Source: Thermoplasmatota archaeon
Lineage (GTDB): Archaea; Thermoplasmatota; E2; JACPAO01; JAHFTW01
Direction of reading: 5' to 3'
Assembly: GCA_041601615.1 (NCBI GenBank)
Contig: JBFIHX010000005.1
Location: 96,001 to 160,000 of the forward strand
DNA length: 64,000 nt
Shown: positions 20,256 through 29,472 of the stretch, piece after piece
Layout: every line of letters starts with the position of its first letter
Position numbering within the stretch: the first letter of the stretch is position 1
Translations under genes and position numbers: made by a program
The notes under the pieces: generated by a model
What the model was told of the DNA's origin: nothing
The model's input: the letters and a program-made list of their open reading frames with translations, nothing else
Database searches by the model: none

Positions 20256-20511
20256 CGCAAACCCAACGCATGCGGCTTACCCAAGCCAAGGGGCGCTGCC
20301 CCTTGGAAACCCCGGGGCCGGCTTTCAGCCGACCAAAAAGGGATTGAGGTTCAAATCCTCCCGCATGCAACAGCAATCGCAAACCCACCGCATGCGGCTT
20401 ACCCAAGCCAAGGGGCGCTGCCCCTTGGAAACCCCGGGGCCGGCTTTCAGCCGACCAAAAAGGGATTGAGGTTCAAATCCTCCCGCATGCAACAGCAATC
20501 GCAAACCCACC
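20256..20511 (+). repeat. two 122-bp tandem units, each containing a 102-nt tRNA-like sequence (20268-20369, 20390-20491), in register with tRNA-Leu
   Basis: Each unit has the GCATGCG...CGCATGCA acceptor ends, a GAGG-TTCAAAT-CCTC T-arm and the ccaaggggcgctgccccttgg palindrome; the real tRNA begins exactly 122 bp after unit 2. Confidence 0.92.
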
Positions 20512-20593
20512 GCATGCGTACCCAAGTGGCCAACGGGGCGAGACTCAAGATCTCCTGCTTAGTGCTTCACAGGTTCGAATCCTGTCGCATGCA
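20512..20593 (+). tRNA. tRNA-Leu(CAA)
   Basis: Acceptor GCATGCG/CGCATGC plus discriminator A, D-arm CCC/GGG, anticodon loop CT-CAA-GA, long variable arm, T-arm ACAGG-TTCGAAT-CCTGT; CCA not encoded. Confidence 0.92.
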
Positions 20594-20803
20594 CTCCTTC
20601 TCATTCCATTCGAAGTCGTACATACGACAGATGCAGGCGCGTCGCGGGCTCCGCGCCTGATCCTATCGCATGCATTCTCAATCGCTGCGCTCTTTCGAAT
20701 GCACACGACAGGAGCGCAGGAGTCGCAAGCGACTCCCGCTATCCTATCGGATGCACTCCTTCTCATTCCATTCGAAGTCGTACATACGACAGATGCAGGC
20801 GCG
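20579..20803 (+). repeat. 81-bp periodic repeats of the tRNA-Leu 3' end
   Basis: ATCCT(G/A)TCG(C/G)ATGCA at 20579, 20660 and 20741; units 1 and 3 share about 48 bp of identical downstream sequence. Confidence 0.9.
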
Positions 20804-20854
20804 GCACCTTGGTGCCATCGGCCCCGATGTTGGCGTCCCAGTTCCTCCCGCTAG

Positions 20855-21058
20855 CTACGGCGCGTCGCTTTGGTGCCTCGATTGCCGTGCCCGCGTCGAC
20901 CGCCTATTCTCGGCCACGTCCCAGTAATGCAAAATCAAGCTGGTCAACCCGAAACTTGCCAGTGCCACTCCAAGAAACGGCGCCACGAGCCGCAACACGA
21001 GGGCGCCAAACAAGGCGACGGCCAGGAGTACGAGCGGTTGCCAGGGGGTGCCGTGCAT
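20855..21058 (-). CDS. small membrane protein
   Basis: 67-aa ORF with two hydrophobic segments. Confidence 0.5.
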   Translation of the reverse strand: MHGTPWQPLVLLAVALFGALVLRLVAPFLGVALASFGLTSLILHYWDVAENRRSTRARQSRHQSDAP

Positions 21059-21291
21059 GTCGGGGACCTAGGATTTGCGGCGGCATGGTGGCTCTGGAAA
21101 ATGGTTGGAATTTGATTGCCGGGGGTCTGCACGTTAGCCAGTATGCAAAAATAATATGTCGCGTGCAAGGACAAATGAATTAGGACGAGCATATATCTAT
21201 TATATTTCATTTATGTGCATAATATTTTACTATTAGAAAACACCAACGGCTGTGCTACGATGCTTAAAAGCGGGTCGAACTTAGAAAATAT

Positions 21292-21531
21292 GTGGCCATA
21301 GGCGAATCAATCGCAATTGCACTGGCAGCAATCACACTCACCTCCGCTATCATCTTTTTTGCTTGGAACGTCGTAAAAAAAGATATTGAACGGCTTGAGA
21401 AATCTCATGGCGAGATTGAAAAAAGACTTCGTGCCGTTGAACACCAAATGGTGTTCGTGGGGCCCCTCATCGAAGTGCTCAAATCTGCCGGCGAGGAGAA
21501 GGTTAAGCGGATGATGGAGGTACCCGAATGA
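21292..21531 (+). CDS. small protein, N-terminal TM helix plus coiled coil
   Basis: 79-aa ORF in a lower-GC patch; overlaps the next ORF (ATGA). Confidence 0.6.
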   Translation: MAIGESIAIALAAITLTSAIIFFAWNVVKKDIERLEKSHGEIEKRLRAVEHQMVFVGPLIEVLKSAGEEKVKRMMEVPE

Positions 21532-21740
21532 TGTTGAACTCGTCCGAGCGTCAGCGGCTGGCACAACTGGCCTACGCTGGGCGCACGGGCACGCTTACCT
21601 CTGGACAGGAAGCGGAGATGCGTCGCCTGCTTGCTCGGGAACGCGGGGAGGTCGGCGACCTTTCGGTGGGCGAGTTGATTGGCTTGGCGTTGGTCGTCAT
21701 TGGCGCTGCCGCCCTCATTGGAATGTTGGCTTCTAGGTAG
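21528..21740 (+). CDS. small protein with C-terminal TM helix
   Basis: GGAGG SD upstream, translationally coupled to the previous ORF. Confidence 0.6.
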   Translation: MMLNSSERQRLAQLAYAGRTGTLTSGQEAEMRRLLARERGEVGDLSVGELIGLALVVIGAAALIGMLASR

Positions 21741-21788
21741 CTCGCCCCCGCCGGCAACCCCAAACCATCCCATCCCCCATCCCGTGTT

Positions 21789-22391
21789 GTGAGCCTGTTG
21801 GAGGATCGCATGCGTGACCCGGTGCATCAGGGCGCCTTGCCGGATGCAGACGCCGTTGGAGCCGTTGGGAATCCGGCTTGCGGTGACGTCATTACGTTGT
21901 ATTTGCGCATCCGGGACGGCGCGGTGGCGCAGGCCGGCTTCGAGTCGGTGGGCAGTGTCTACCAGTTGGCGACGGCGAGTGTCCTCTGCGATTGCGTGCT
22001 TGGGCAGGATCTATCGGGGGCGCGCCTTCGGTCGCCGACGTGTGTTTTGGAGCGGTTGCCGGACTTGCCGCAGCGTCACCGCTATCTTGCACGGCTTGCC
22101 ATTGAGGCGTTGCAGCGGGCGTTGGACCAGTTTGAGCGGGGCGGTGCCCCATCGGAGGAGGGCGCTGCGTGCTTGGCGGAGCCGGAGGCGCGTGCTTTGG
22201 TGTTGGGCTTGTTTGCCGACGGTCGCAAGTGGTCGACGCGGGAGGTGGAGGCGCGGGTGCAGGCGGAAGGGTATCATTTGCCCGAGGTGCCGGTTCGGTT
22301 TTTGAGCCGTCTTCGGCGCGAGGGTGCCATTGGAGGGGCGATGAATATGGATCATCGTGCGTGGCAGTGGTGGTCGCTGCCGGCGGCCTAG
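21789..22391 (+). CDS. IscU/NifU_N-like Fe-S scaffold domain with C-terminal wHTH-like extension
   Basis: GNPACGDVITLYLRI; the second and third canonical Cys appear replaced (GSVYQLA; RYLARLA). Confidence 0.75.
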   Translation: MSLLEDRMRDPVHQGALPDADAVGAVGNPACGDVITLYLRIRDGAVAQAGFESVGSVYQLATASVLCDCVLGQDLSGARLRSPTCVLERLPDLPQRHRYLARLAIEALQRALDQFERGGAPSEEGAACLAEPEARALVLGLFADGRKWSTREVEARVQAEGYHLPEVPVRFLSRLRREGAIGGAMNMDHRAWQWWSLPAA

Positions 22392-22948
22392 TGCATTGGG
22401 TCGGTCAAGTCGCCAAGCGCGCCGAAGGTCTTTGGAAGCCGTGCGATGAGCAGCCAGAGCACCAGGAACGAGGCCAGGAGCAGGGCGCCGAAGAGGAATC
22501 CGGGCCACGCCACGCTGAGGATGAGGGGGCCGCGAACGTAGCTGACCATTTTCTCTTCGAGGAGGGCGTTTTGCAAAAACAGGAGGGTGTTGAGCAGAAA
22601 CAGCAGAAACAGCCAGGTCTCGGCTTCGGGGTAAAATTGCGTGGCGCCCCAGACGACGACGGCGATGCCGAGGGTGTCGAAGGTGCTGTCGAGGACGGCG
22701 CCCTTGCGGCTCTGGAGGTTGCCGGTGCGTGCGAGTATGCCGTCGCCGCCGTCGAGGACCATGATGAAGAGAATGAGGCCGACGAATACCCAGTTCCAGC
22801 CTTGTGTGGCGGCGTAGACTTCAGCCAAGAAGACGGGAACTTGCGCGAAGGTGAGGTGGTTCGGGTGGACGCCATGGGCCAGCGCCCAGCGTGCGAGTCG
22901 TTCGAACGGAGCGTCGAAGGTCCCCTGCTTGGCCTTATGGACACCCAC
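22388..22948 (-). CDS. CDP-alcohol phosphatidyltransferase family protein
   Basis: HPNHLT and DGGDGILARTG...SRKGAVLDSTFD match DxxDGxxAR...GxxLDxxxD. Confidence 0.9.
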   Translation of the reverse strand: MGVHKAKQGTFDAPFERLARWALAHGVHPNHLTFAQVPVFLAEVYAATQGWNWVFVGLILFIMVLDGGDGILARTGNLQSRKGAVLDSTFDTLGIAVVVWGATQFYPEAETWLFLLFLLNTLLFLQNALLEEKMVSYVRGPLILSVAWPGFLFGALLLASFLVLWLLIARLPKTFGALGDLTDPMH

Positions 22949-22972
22949 GGGGGACGATTCTCCCTGGCGGCT

Positions 22973-24439
22973 TTACGCCTTTTCCACGCGGGGGCCTTGC
23001 GGAGTGTCTTGGATGACGAATCCAGCGGCGAGGATTTCATCGCGGATGCGGTCGGCGGCGGCCCAGTCACGAGCGGCGCGGGCCGCTTCGCGTTGTTGCA
23101 GCAAGTCGCCAAAGTCGGGCACTTGGGCGAGGGCTTGGACAGGTTCTTGAAACAGCGTCAAGACGCCTGCGCAGGATTCGAATGCAGTCAGCGCGGCTTT
23201 GGTGGCGGTGCTTCCGGGGGCACCCGTGTCGAGGATTTTGTTGGTGGCGCGCACGAAGTCGAAGAGGGCTGCGATGCCACCCGGGCTGTGGAAGTCGTCG
23301 TCCATGGCGGCGGCGAACTTGTCCAGGAGCGCGGCGGTGGCGGCGGCGAGTTCGGTGTTGCTCTCCGGGTCGCCCTCGGTGTCGCTTCCGGCGGCTTCGT
23401 GCAGGATGTGGCGCGTTCGCTGCAACCGTTCGACGGCGGTCGCGGCTTCGTCGAGTCCTTTGCGGCTGAAGTCGATCTTGGAACGGTAGTGGGTCTGGGC
23501 GAAGTAGAACCGCAGGACTTCCGGGTCTCGGCCGGCGGCTTCCAGTTCGTCGAGCATGTCTACCAGGGTGAGGAAGTTGCCGAGGCTCTTGCTCATCTTG
23601 GTGCCTTCGACGTTGAGGAACCCGGCGTGCATCCAGTAGTTGACGAACGGCGCGGTGCCGGTTTTGGCCTGGCTCTGGGCAATTTCGTTCTCGTGGTGCG
23701 GGAAGATCAGATCTTGGCCGCCGCCGTGGATGTCGATGGTGTCGCCGAGGCTCCGAGTACTCATGAGGCTGCATTCGATGTGCCAACCGGGGCGGCCCCA
23801 GCTCCATGGGCTCTCCCATGCGGCGTCGAGGTGCGCGTCGGTTTCCACGGTCTTCCACAGCGCAAAGTCGGCGGGGTGCTGTTTGTCGGACTCCACGTTT
23901 TTGCGGGTGCCGGCGGCCATTTGTCGGTAGTCGCGGCGCGACAACCGTCCGTACGCTTCGCCGGGCCAGGTCGCTTCGGCGTGTGCGTGGTACTTCGGGA
24001 CGTCGAAGTAGACGTTGCCCATGTCTGTGGCGTAGGCGAATCCGTTCTCGATGATGCCTTGGATGAAGCCGATGATGTCTTCGATGCTGTCCGTGACATG
24101 CGGCATTTCGTCGGGGGCACGCACGCCGAGCCGAGCACTTGCTTCCTGGCAGTTCTTGTCCCATAGTGCCGCGTGTTCTCGGGGGGAGACGCGAAGTTCA
24201 GAGGCGCGCTTGATGATTTTGTCGTCCACATCTGTAACATTTTGCACGAAGCGCACGGAGGCGTATCGGTGCTCCAGCCAGCGGCGCACGATCTCGAACG
24301 CCACGGCGGTGCGGGCGTGGCCGATGTGCATGTGGTCGTACACCGTCAATCCGCAGACGTAGACGCCAACGTGGTCGGGCTTGATGGGCTCGAACGGCTC
24401 CTTCTCGCGGCTGCGGACGTTATAGACGGTGAGGGACAC
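22973..24439 (-). CDS. cysS: cysteine--tRNA ligase
   Basis: YVCGLTVYDHMHIGHAR, DFALWK, GRPGWHIECS, DLIFPHHENE, KMSKSLGN; GTG start at 24439. Confidence 0.97.
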   Translation of the reverse strand: MSLTVYNVRSREKEPFEPIKPDHVGVYVCGLTVYDHMHIGHARTAVAFEIVRRWLEHRYASVRFVQNVTDVDDKIIKRASELRVSPREHAALWDKNCQEASARLGVRAPDEMPHVTDSIEDIIGFIQGIIENGFAYATDMGNVYFDVPKYHAHAEATWPGEAYGRLSRRDYRQMAAGTRKNVESDKQHPADFALWKTVETDAHLDAAWESPWSWGRPGWHIECSLMSTRSLGDTIDIHGGGQDLIFPHHENEIAQSQAKTGTAPFVNYWMHAGFLNVEGTKMSKSLGNFLTLVDMLDELEAAGRDPEVLRFYFAQTHYRSKIDFSRKGLDEAATAVERLQRTRHILHEAAGSDTEGDPESNTELAAATAALLDKFAAAMDDDFHSPGGIAALFDFVRATNKILDTGAPGSTATKAALTAFESCAGVLTLFQEPVQALAQVPDFGDLLQQREAARAARDWAAADRIRDEILAAGFVIQDTPQGPRVEKA

Positions 24440-24478
24440 GGGCGAGGCACTGGTGGGTCGAACTTGAAGGGTCCGCCC

Positions 24479-25606
24479 ATGAATTTTGAGGAAAACACTC
24501 GCCGCATCGCACAAATACGGGCAGGGCTGACCAGGGGCCTCGTGGCGAACCTCTACTGGCCCAAGCGGTCGCAGTTTCGATCCGAGAGTGCCAAGCGACG
24601 CCGGTTCGAAAACAAAGTCGAATCCGCGCTCGCCGCCGCCAAGAAAGTGCTCGTGGTTAGCCACGGCGGTTGCATGGACGGCGCTGGCAGCGCCATTATG
24701 ATCTTGCGCAAGCACGGCGCGGACAACGTTGGCGTTGCCTACACGCAACCGGGCGATGTGCAGCGCGTCCTGGCCCTGGTGGCCAAGCATCCGGCCAACG
24801 GCCGAACCCTGCACATTACGGATCTTAGCCTCAATGCGCGCCACTTCGACGCCATCGTGGCCGCCTGCAGCCGCTTGAAGGAGGGTGGATGGCGCATCGA
24901 GTGGCGCGACCACCATGAGAAGCAGTGGGAAGGCATTGACCTTGCACGCCTCGAAGAAAGCCTCGATGTATTGGAGGTCAACCAGGACCACACGGAGTCC
25001 GGCGCAAGCCTCGTGCAGCAAGCCGTGTGCCCCCGCGATGCGTACGCCAGGCGCCTCGCGGAGACAATCCGCGACCGCGATTTGTGGTGGAACAAGACGT
25101 CTGACTCGGAGACCATGGAGTTTGCCATGAACGAACTGGGTACCGAGAAATTTGTCGCGCATCACTTGGCGCAGAAGGGCAAGCACCCGGTCGTGGACGA
25201 GGACATCCAGGCCGCCGCCGACCGACAACGCGCCAACGTGGAATCGGACGCCAAGACCCTTCTGAAACAGACGCGCTACTGGGAGACCAAGGCGGGCGAG
25301 AAAGTAGGCGTCGTGTACGGGTGGTTGCCCAAGAACGTCGGATTGCACCGCGTCCTAGAGACCGACAACGTGCAACTTGCGGTCAATGTGCGCCCCAATG
25401 GCTTCATGAGCCTGCGCAGCCGCAAGGACGCAGACGTTTGCCACCTCGTGGCGCGTGACTTCGACGGCGGCGGACACCCCAACGCCAGCGGCGCGACACT
25501 TGCACTCAAGGGCGCCCGATTCTGGAGCTACGTCTTGACTCGTGGCCGCATTCCCAAGGTCAAGAAGGTTGCCGAAGCCGCCGTGCGGGAATTGGAACAG
25601 CGATGA
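24479..25606 (+). CDS. DHH/DHHA1 family phosphoesterase
   Basis: HGGCMDG, ITDL, RDHHE, SLRS, GGGHPNASG. Confidence 0.9.
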   Translation: MNFEENTRRIAQIRAGLTRGLVANLYWPKRSQFRSESAKRRRFENKVESALAAAKKVLVVSHGGCMDGAGSAIMILRKHGADNVGVAYTQPGDVQRVLALVAKHPANGRTLHITDLSLNARHFDAIVAACSRLKEGGWRIEWRDHHEKQWEGIDLARLEESLDVLEVNQDHTESGASLVQQAVCPRDAYARRLAETIRDRDLWWNKTSDSETMEFAMNELGTEKFVAHHLAQKGKHPVVDEDIQAAADRQRANVESDAKTLLKQTRYWETKAGEKVGVVYGWLPKNVGLHRVLETDNVQLAVNVRPNGFMSLRSRKDADVCHLVARDFDGGGHPNASGATLALKGARFWSYVLTRGRIPKVKKVAEAAVRELEQR

Positions 25607-26571
25607 AGTCTGCCACTGCCGCCGGAGTCCTGGACAACGGGGCGGTGCGCGTGGACGACGTGGCAGAGGCAAACCGCCTGCACAACAAGGGTTGGCTTGG
25701 GACACCGCTTGCCGGCAATGCGCTCCGGCTGCACCTTGTGGAGGCGGCGTATGCAATTCGACAAGGGCGACTCCAAGTGGACGGCGCCGACTGGATGGAT
25801 TTGCTGGGCGACCGCGAATTGGAGGTCCAAGCGCTTGCATACACGGATCTTCGAGACCGAGGCCTCGTGGTGCGACCGGAGGAGGACCACTATCTTGTCT
25901 GGAAGCGCGGTGAGACGCCCAAGGACGCTCCGTGGTTCCGATTTTACCCGCGCAGCGAACGCAGCGTCGTAGGCATTGCTGACATCGCCGCGTGGTCGAA
26001 GGAAGGCGCCGTGGTGGGCGTTGTGGACGACGACGGCATCGTGACGCATTATCGCATGGAGAACACCGAGCCCAAGGGTACCGTGCAGATCCCGGCCGAC
26101 GCCGTCCCCGCTCGTCTCCTGGGAGATCGCTGGCTCGTAACAAACCCAACCGCCGCCGCTCGCCTCGCAAAAGCGGGCCTTGGCACTCCCTACGGCGACG
26201 CTCGCATGCTCAGCCTCCTCGATGGCGCCTTGCTTGGTGACGTTCTGCAAACGAGCCCCGGCGACCAAGAGGGGGCGTCCACGGCGCAGCCGGACCTACC
26301 AGTTCGCCTTCCCGTGGCCCGTGATCTGGCTTCGCGTGGTGTACTGGTGCGCAGTGGCTTCCGGTTCGGCGCCCACCTGCGCGGCTACAGCGCCGAGACT
26401 GAATCCGTGCACGCCGAGTGGCTGCTGCACTGTGCCGACTCGACAGACGCGCTGGGCTGGAGTGATGTGGCCCGCGCCGTACGCTTGGCCCATGGGGTGC
26501 GCAAAATGCACCTCGTTGCGGTGGCGGCCGAGCCCGTGCAGTATGTGCACATCTCCTGGTTCCGGCCTTAA
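25603..26571 (+). CDS. endA: tRNA-intron endonuclease (two-repeat, homodimeric type)
   Basis: LHLVEAAY, DLRDRG, RSGFRFGAHLRGY, HAEW, RLAHGVRK. Confidence 0.88.
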   Translation: MKSATAAGVLDNGAVRVDDVAEANRLHNKGWLGTPLAGNALRLHLVEAAYAIRQGRLQVDGADWMDLLGDRELEVQALAYTDLRDRGLVVRPEEDHYLVWKRGETPKDAPWFRFYPRSERSVVGIADIAAWSKEGAVVGVVDDDGIVTHYRMENTEPKGTVQIPADAVPARLLGDRWLVTNPTAAARLAKAGLGTPYGDARMLSLLDGALLGDVLQTSPGDQEGASTAQPDLPVRLPVARDLASRGVLVRSGFRFGAHLRGYSAETESVHAEWLLHCADSTDALGWSDVARAVRLAHGVRKMHLVAVAAEPVQYVHISWFRP

Positions 26572-26598
26572 TTGGCCCGATCGAGGATCAAATTTCGA

Positions 26599-27129
26599 CT
26601 AGGCAGCGACGGCGTCCGTCTCGCGGCCGGGGTAGCGGCCACGGTTCGGGCCCGTTTCCAATAGGTGCACCACTTCCGTGGCGGTGGTTTCGGGGTCGTG
26701 CGCGGTGATGACGCTCGCTTCCACCTTTCGGCAGGCTTCAATGTGCCCGACGGCGAGAGCGTGCGCCTCGCCAAAGCGGCCCGTGTTGGAGGGCACAACA
26801 TGAATCAATTGCTCCAGCAACTCGCGCTCGGCGCCGTATTTGCAGCCCAGGGCCCCGCGTTCCACGGTCTCGGCCCAGGCGGTCTTGTTGGCAAGCGGCT
26901 TGTCGCAGGCAGCGGCGTGCACTAGGGCTTCGCGCTCGGCCAGAACCGGCTCGATGCTGCCCAGGACGCGCAGGTCTCCCGCATGCCACTGAACGGTTCC
27001 TTCGCCCTCGAATTGGGACACCACTCCGGCGTCGTCGCCGAAGATTCGTACCATGTGCCCGTGGGCAAGCAGTTTGTGGACAATGGCACGGCCGACAGGG
27101 TTGCCAGCTCCGGTCACGACGACCCGCAT
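26599..27129 (-). CDS. short NAD(P)-binding Rossmann (epimerase/SDR-like) protein
   Basis: MRVVVTGAGNPVG, LVHAA; short compared with full epimerases. Confidence 0.7.
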   Translation of the reverse strand: MRVVVTGAGNPVGRAIVHKLLAHGHMVRIFGDDAGVVSQFEGEGTVQWHAGDLRVLGSIEPVLAEREALVHAAACDKPLANKTAWAETVERGALGCKYGAERELLEQLIHVVPSNTGRFGEAHALAVGHIEACRKVEASVITAHDPETTATEVVHLLETGPNRGRYPGRETDAVAA

Positions 27130-27244
27130 AGCTTTGCCGAGGGGCCTTGACAAATAAGCAATTCCGACGAGAGACCTCCAATTTGCGCTTCATCAAGCCC
27201 GGCCACCGATGTCCTTAACTTCACCAACCCCGGGTTTCGCATTG

Positions 27245-28279
27245 ATGAAGCCCACTGCCCTCGTTGTGTTCCTGCTCGTGGTATCAGGCGCTGCTGCCGC
27301 GCAATCGGGTCCCGAACCCGGCTACGACAGCGCCCTCGAATACACCGCCGCGTACGCTGAAGAGCGCGCAGAAGCCGCAGCGCAGGACCCCGCAGGCGCC
27401 GCCTCCGAAGCCGCAACTCCGGAAGCAGCCGAAGAAGAAGTTGCGCACACGGTCTATGTTGCGTGCTGGGCACTGGACGACGCAGGACTCGAACCCGAAG
27501 CCTGCTCTGAATACTACACTCCTCGGGGCGCAGCGCCGCCTGAGCAGCCCCACGAAGCGCACAACGAGACCGAGGCCGCGGCCGAAGCCGCCGAACAGTT
27601 TGCCAATGAGACCGCCGCCGGCGCCGAGGATCTGGCTGGAAACGCCACGATGTTCCTGAACCAGACCCTGGAAGACCCCGCCAACGCCACTGACCACGCG
27701 CAAGGATTCTTGGATGCGGTCGTGGGCTTCGTCGAGGGCCTCCTAGGCGGCGCGGGCACCTTCGCCAAAACCCTCACCGATGGCCTCACCACTTGCATCG
27801 GAGCAATCGGGGACGGCGTCGGCATTGGAGTCAAAGGCATCGGCGATGGCGCCGGATTCCTCGCGAGCGCCCTTGGCGACGGCCTAACACTGAGCGTGGA
27901 CGGCATCGAACTAGCGGCCCAGGGAATCGGCGATGGCGCCACCAGTGCATTCACTGGCCTTGGCGACGGGATTCTGTTCATTGCCCACGGAGTCGGCAAC
28001 GCCGGCCAATCCGTCCTGGCAGGGGCCGAAACTATCGCCACCGCACTCGGCGACGGCCTGCAAGAAGCCGGCGCGGGGACCGCCAGCGCCGTGGAAACCG
28101 CCGCCCAAGCGACCGGAGACGCCGTATCAGACGCCGTTCAAGCCGTCGGCGACGCCGTGGGCCGCTTGTTTGGCAAGGAGCCAGCCGCCGATGGACTCGG
28201 TGCCACTCCAGAACTGGACCTCGATACTCCCGTAGATGCCGGGGACCTCTTGGACGACGTCACGGGACTCCTGGAATGA
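27245..28279 (+). CDS. secreted Ala/Gly/Glu-rich protein with ~11-residue GDG repeats
   Basis: Signal peptide; repeated (I/L)GDG motifs spaced about 11 aa apart. Confidence 0.7.
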   Translation: MKPTALVVFLLVVSGAAAAQSGPEPGYDSALEYTAAYAEERAEAAAQDPAGAASEAATPEAAEEEVAHTVYVACWALDDAGLEPEACSEYYTPRGAAPPEQPHEAHNETEAAAEAAEQFANETAAGAEDLAGNATMFLNQTLEDPANATDHAQGFLDAVVGFVEGLLGGAGTFAKTLTDGLTTCIGAIGDGVGIGVKGIGDGAGFLASALGDGLTLSVDGIELAAQGIGDGATSAFTGLGDGILFIAHGVGNAGQSVLAGAETIATALGDGLQEAGAGTASAVETAAQATGDAVSDAVQAVGDAVGRLFGKEPAADGLGATPELDLDTPVDAGDLLDDVTGLLE

Positions 28280-28335
28280 GAACATTTCAGTGAATTAACC
28301 ACACCCTTCTTATTCTCGGCTTCAGCTCTTCCCTT

Positions 28336-29409
28336 GTGTTGTCGTTCCGTGTTCTTCTGACCACGGCCCTTTTGGGTCTGCTGCTCTTGGCCCCGGGCAT
28401 CGTAGCCTACGGCCAAGACGGTCCGCTTCCCGAGCCTTCCTCCCAGTCCATTCCTGACACCTACGACCAAATGCGTGCGGACTTGGACTCCTTCCGTTCC
28501 GACTTGGACACCGAACTCAACAATCAAGGTGTTGACTCGGATACCTCGGATGAAAAACAGCAAGGCTACCGCTCCATTCGTGACCTACGCCGCGAAGTGG
28601 GCAGCATCCTGACCTCGGTCCATGCCACCATCGAAGATGCCTCCCAAAATGCACCCCCGGTCCCCGACTTGCCCGAAGGCCCCGAAGTTCCCGTCCTCCT
28701 AGAGCCCGAGTCAAGCGAACCTGCATCTGATTCCCCCGCACCCCAATCTGCGTCCTCCGCCGGTTGGGACATGCCCGCCGAACCGCTGATGGTTTTGGCC
28801 GCTTCCACCGTCGCCGCCGCTGGCCTGTTCTTCTGGCTTGCAGGCAGCAGCGGAACCCTCGGAGGCGCCGCGGCCGGCGCCGGCAGCACGGCAGCCGCCG
28901 AAGCGGCCAACCGCAAATTCCTGCCCTTTGCCAGCCCCCTCTTCACGCGCTTCGAGAAGGACACGGTCCTCGACCATCCCAAGCGCGAAGGCATCTACGG
29001 CATGATTGTTATGAAGCCCGGCGTCACCCTCCAGGATCTCTGCGAGGGAACCGGCCTCAGCCGCACCGCCGTCAGCCACCACCTGCGCCTCATGGAGCAA
29101 CAGCACCTCGTAGTCTCCAAGCGCGTGGGCCGCAGCCGCCACTTCTTCGAGAACGGCGGCCGCTACGGTCGCGACCAAAAGGACGCCTACGCGGTTCTGC
29201 ACAACGACCGCTCCAAGGAAGTGCACGGTTTCATCGAAACCAACCCAGGTGCCATCCAAAAAGACCTCTGCGAAGCACTCGGAATCCAAGCCAGTGTCGT
29301 CCACTGGCACGTTAAGCGACTCGTGGAAGCCAACCTCATCGAGGCAATTCGTCAAGGTCGCACGGTGTCGTACTTCCCGAACCAGTCCCTGCGGGGTGTT
29401 GCAGCCTAG
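28336..29409 (+). CDS. membrane-anchored tandem winged-helix transcriptional regulator
   Basis: Signal/TM segments followed by PLFTRFEKDTVLDHPKR and two wHTH domains (SHHLRLME; HWHVKRL). Confidence 0.85.
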   Translation: MLSFRVLLTTALLGLLLLAPGIVAYGQDGPLPEPSSQSIPDTYDQMRADLDSFRSDLDTELNNQGVDSDTSDEKQQGYRSIRDLRREVGSILTSVHATIEDASQNAPPVPDLPEGPEVPVLLEPESSEPASDSPAPQSASSAGWDMPAEPLMVLAASTVAAAGLFFWLAGSSGTLGGAAAGAGSTAAAEAANRKFLPFASPLFTRFEKDTVLDHPKREGIYGMIVMKPGVTLQDLCEGTGLSRTAVSHHLRLMEQQHLVVSKRVGRSRHFFENGGRYGRDQKDAYAVLHNDRSKEVHGFIETNPGAIQKDLCEALGIQASVVHWHVKRLVEANLIEAIRQGRTVSYFPNQSLRGVAA

Positions 29410-29472
29410 AGAAGCACCCGTTCGGCCCTCTTCTTGCTTCCTCGCCCTCCCTCTTCCTTTCCTTCTTATTGG

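Noticed and set aside
20310-20335. Selenocysteine/opal suppressor or Glu tRNA (TTCA/TTC in the repeat hairpin)
   Set aside because: Arm lengths and spacing do not fit a canonical cloverleaf without an unsupported intron; kept only as tRNA-like.
20256-20803. CRISPR array
   Set aside because: Only 2-3 units, the repeats derive from the tRNA, spacers are repeated rather than unique, and there are no cas genes in the window.
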